A stretch of DNA of 64,000 nucleotides from the human T2T-CHM13v2.0 reference genome, Homo sapiens, in assembly GCF_009914755.1 (NCBI RefSeq), contig NC_060925.1, one strand, 5' to 3'. This document shows, in pieces, positions 55,650 to 64,000 of this stretch (its first letter is position 1; every line of letters begins with the position of its first letter). Below the pieces are notes generated by a model. The model searched no databases and was not told the DNA's origin. It was given only the letters and a program-made list of their open reading frames with translations. The translations under genes were made by a program, and so were the position numbers.

Positions 55650-56935
55650 TGTAGCAGGTGCTGCAGGTGGGGCCCCTTTATCCCTTGGCCTTAACTGCTT
55701 CCATGGTCTCTAGCCTGAATACTAATTGCCAGCACCTGGGTCTCTTTGCCTAGGGATGTTTTCTGGATGCCAGTGATCACTATGCCTTCACCTGCTGCAG
55801 GCTGGAAGCACCATGAGGCTAGTTCTCCCTGAAAGTGGCTCTCAATCATTGCCAAATGGGATTTGGTGGATAAGTACCCCAGCTCCTTTCTCTTCTTTTT
55901 GTTTTTCTTTGTTTGTTTGTTTAGACTTTCAAAAAAAATTTTTATTGTAGTAAAACGTAAAATCTACCATCTTAACCATTTAAATGTACAATTCAATGGC
56001 ATTAAGTACATTCACCTTTTTGTGTAACCACCACCACCACCATCCATCATCCATCTCCTGAACATTTTCATCTTCTCAAACTGAAACTCTGTACCTGTGA
56101 AACAATAACTCCTCATTGCCTCCTCCTCCAGCCCCTGGCAAACACCACTCTACTCCTAGACTACTTTCAGACTCAGTTTCTTCTTTCACTTAATAAAAGA
56201 GAGGCTCCACTGCTGACTAATGGGATGGTTTCTACATGTGGAGGCCTTCTTGCAGACATGTAATTGAGTTTATTGTAGAGAACGGTAATAGGAAATGGGA
56301 TTGTAGAAAGAAAAAAGAGACAAAACTGGATGAGGGTTTCATACTGGGTGTTGCATCCACAGGCCTCAGCAGCCCTGCACAGATCTGCCCAATTCTTGTG
56401 CATCAATAGTTGATCTTGCGAGCCATTTCCATGCCGTAGATCCGCCATCACCTTTCATAGCTTTCCCTCTGTCGCCGGTGGCATGGCTTCTCACAGTACC
56501 GTTGAGGCTTAATGCCCTCAATCAGCCTATCCGTAGTGAGGATTCTGCTTAGGGTCCTGTATGCACCTTCCATGTTCCCTTCCTGTACCATCACAGTCCT
56601 GGCGATGAACTTCAGATGTTTTGCCATGACCTTGGATTTAACTCTCCGCTCTGCAGGACCTGGTGCATTCAGTACCTAGCTGACCCGAAGGCTTCTCCTC
56701 TTTCCTCTTTTGTGGGGGTAACTATGCTGGTTCCTGGAGTTCTCCAGCAGAATTAAGCTCTGGTTGCCTCTAGTGATGACTTGCTTGGTAACACAATTTT
56801 TACTGGTATTTGTTCCTTCTCTACCTTACTTCTCCACTGTTCTACCAGCATTTCCTGGGGTCACTTCCCAAATAAACAACTTGCACTCCATTGCTTGTCT
56901 CATGGTTTGCTTCTGGGGAAACCCAAACCAGGATG
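55650..56935 (+). mobile_element. LTR16-type ERVL solo LTR interrupted by the MRPS21 retrocopy
   Basis: The left part ends GGATAAGTACCCCAGCTCC. The right part resumes at TGTGGGGTAACT and ends CTTCCCAAATAAACAACTTGCACTC...TGCTTCTGGGGAAACCCAAAC. Confidence 0.75.
55893..56697 (-). pseudogene. MRPS21P1: MRPS21 processed pseudogene (CDS-homologous part 56366-56627)
   Basis: ATG at 56627 gives [59 protein letters not shown], then a premature TGA at 56448-56450 (codon 60) and later frameshifts. It is intronless with a 3' UTR and a decayed poly(A) at ~55893-55923. The P1 numbering is from recall of its 1p31.3 location. Confidence 0.92.
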
Positions 56936-57529
56936 ACGCCTCCCTGAGTTACATGCTGCTTTCAACATTGTGGAAGGCGCTGGAGAGGAAAACTGGGGGG
57001 AGATTCAGAAATATAATTTATTTATTCATTCATACTTTCTACACTCAGCAAATACTTATTAAGCATCTATTTCATGCCAAGCACTGTGCTAGGCACTGGC
57101 TAGAACCCCATCTCTTAGGACTTTGAGGAATCCCCCATCACTTGAATCCTAGCTCACATACCCTAACCCCAGCTCTGTGGATTGCAGATGGGAGGGTTAT
57201 TAGAGGAGGCTTCATGTGAAGGAGGTGGGGCCCCGAAAAAAGGAGGAAAAAATAGAAGTTCTGGGAATGTGTGGAAGGGAAATGGACAAGAGGAAATAAT
57301 GGCCAGTAGGGAGAATGAAATTCACAAATGAAAGGAGCACAGGCATACCTGTGTTCTTGGGGAGCCCCTGAGTCTTGGGGGATCAACTGTCAGAGCAGAA
57401 AAGAGCCTTAGAGGCCACAAGTAACTCCCCTTCATTTTACTTCTGGAAAACTGAGGACCAAAGACAAAATAATTTCCTTGACCCCTTGTGCAGTGAGTGC
57501 TCTTTCTCTTGAGAGAAATAAGGTTGTAT

Positions 57530-57760
57530 CAGTCTTTCTTAAACTTTTTCATTATTGCCGTCTGTCCAGAAACCTTTTTAGACATTTTTCCTAATCACTC
57601 CCTCTAATGAAATCTTAATACCACAGATACATTGTATCTTTGTTGTGTAGTATAGATAGATTTGTTTGTGTGCTATATCTATTAAAAAGTAAGATTTTTT
57701 TCCAACCCCTGGGAACCATTTGCCCCCTTGGGTGTGATATTACCCCTGTTGAGAATGTGT
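57530..57760. mobile_element. MER96B-like hAT relic
   Basis: CCTTTTTAGACATTTTTCCTAATC...TAATACCACAGATA...CCCCCTTGGG...CCCCTGTTGAGAATG. Family is from recall. Confidence 0.6.
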
Positions 57761-57909
57761 GAACTAGAGAGGCCAAATGTGGCCAGGTTACTGAGGCCTT
57801 AATAGTTAGACGGAGAAACTGAATTTAGTGGAGTAAGCAATAGGGAGCCATAATAAGTTCCTGAGCAAGAGCATGTGGTGAGGAAAAAGGTGAAGAGCCT
57901 ACTCCACAC

Positions 57910-64000
<6,091 letters not shown>

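Overview
Primate, almost certainly human, genomic DNA. It is Alu-dense, carries L1/L2/MIR/LTR/DNA-transposon relics, and has one large CpG island at ~30.4-32.3 kb. I find no intact protein-coding exon: the ORF-track entries are Alu, L1, GC-rich or pseudogene by-products. The locus is anchored by two minus-strand microRNA precursors recognised from sequence, MIR101-1 (22444-22518) and MIR3671 (21765-21852). These place the window at 1p31.3, at the distal promoter and non-coding 5' exons of JAK1, transcribed right to left from the island (candidate exons 31613-~31760, 30637-~30850 and 8495-8597). Right of the island are a rearranged RPS24 processed pseudogene (41329-42169), an MRPS21 processed pseudogene inside an LTR16-type element (~55893-56697) and an old L1 split by nine Alus (57910-64000). 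The best leads for something undescribed all lie in the pri-miR-101-1 unit. (1) A 51-bp-stem hairpin at 18445-18556, apparently made by fold-back template switching from a donor segment at 20063-20202. (2) Strong splice signals that would put pre-miR-101-1 inside a 427-nt exon. (3) A 13-nt perfect miR-101-3p complement in its own primary transcript. (4) A uORF-rich alternative JAK1 leader. These are hypotheses from sequence alone. Repeat subfamily names are from recall, not from a search, and repeat boundaries are approximate.
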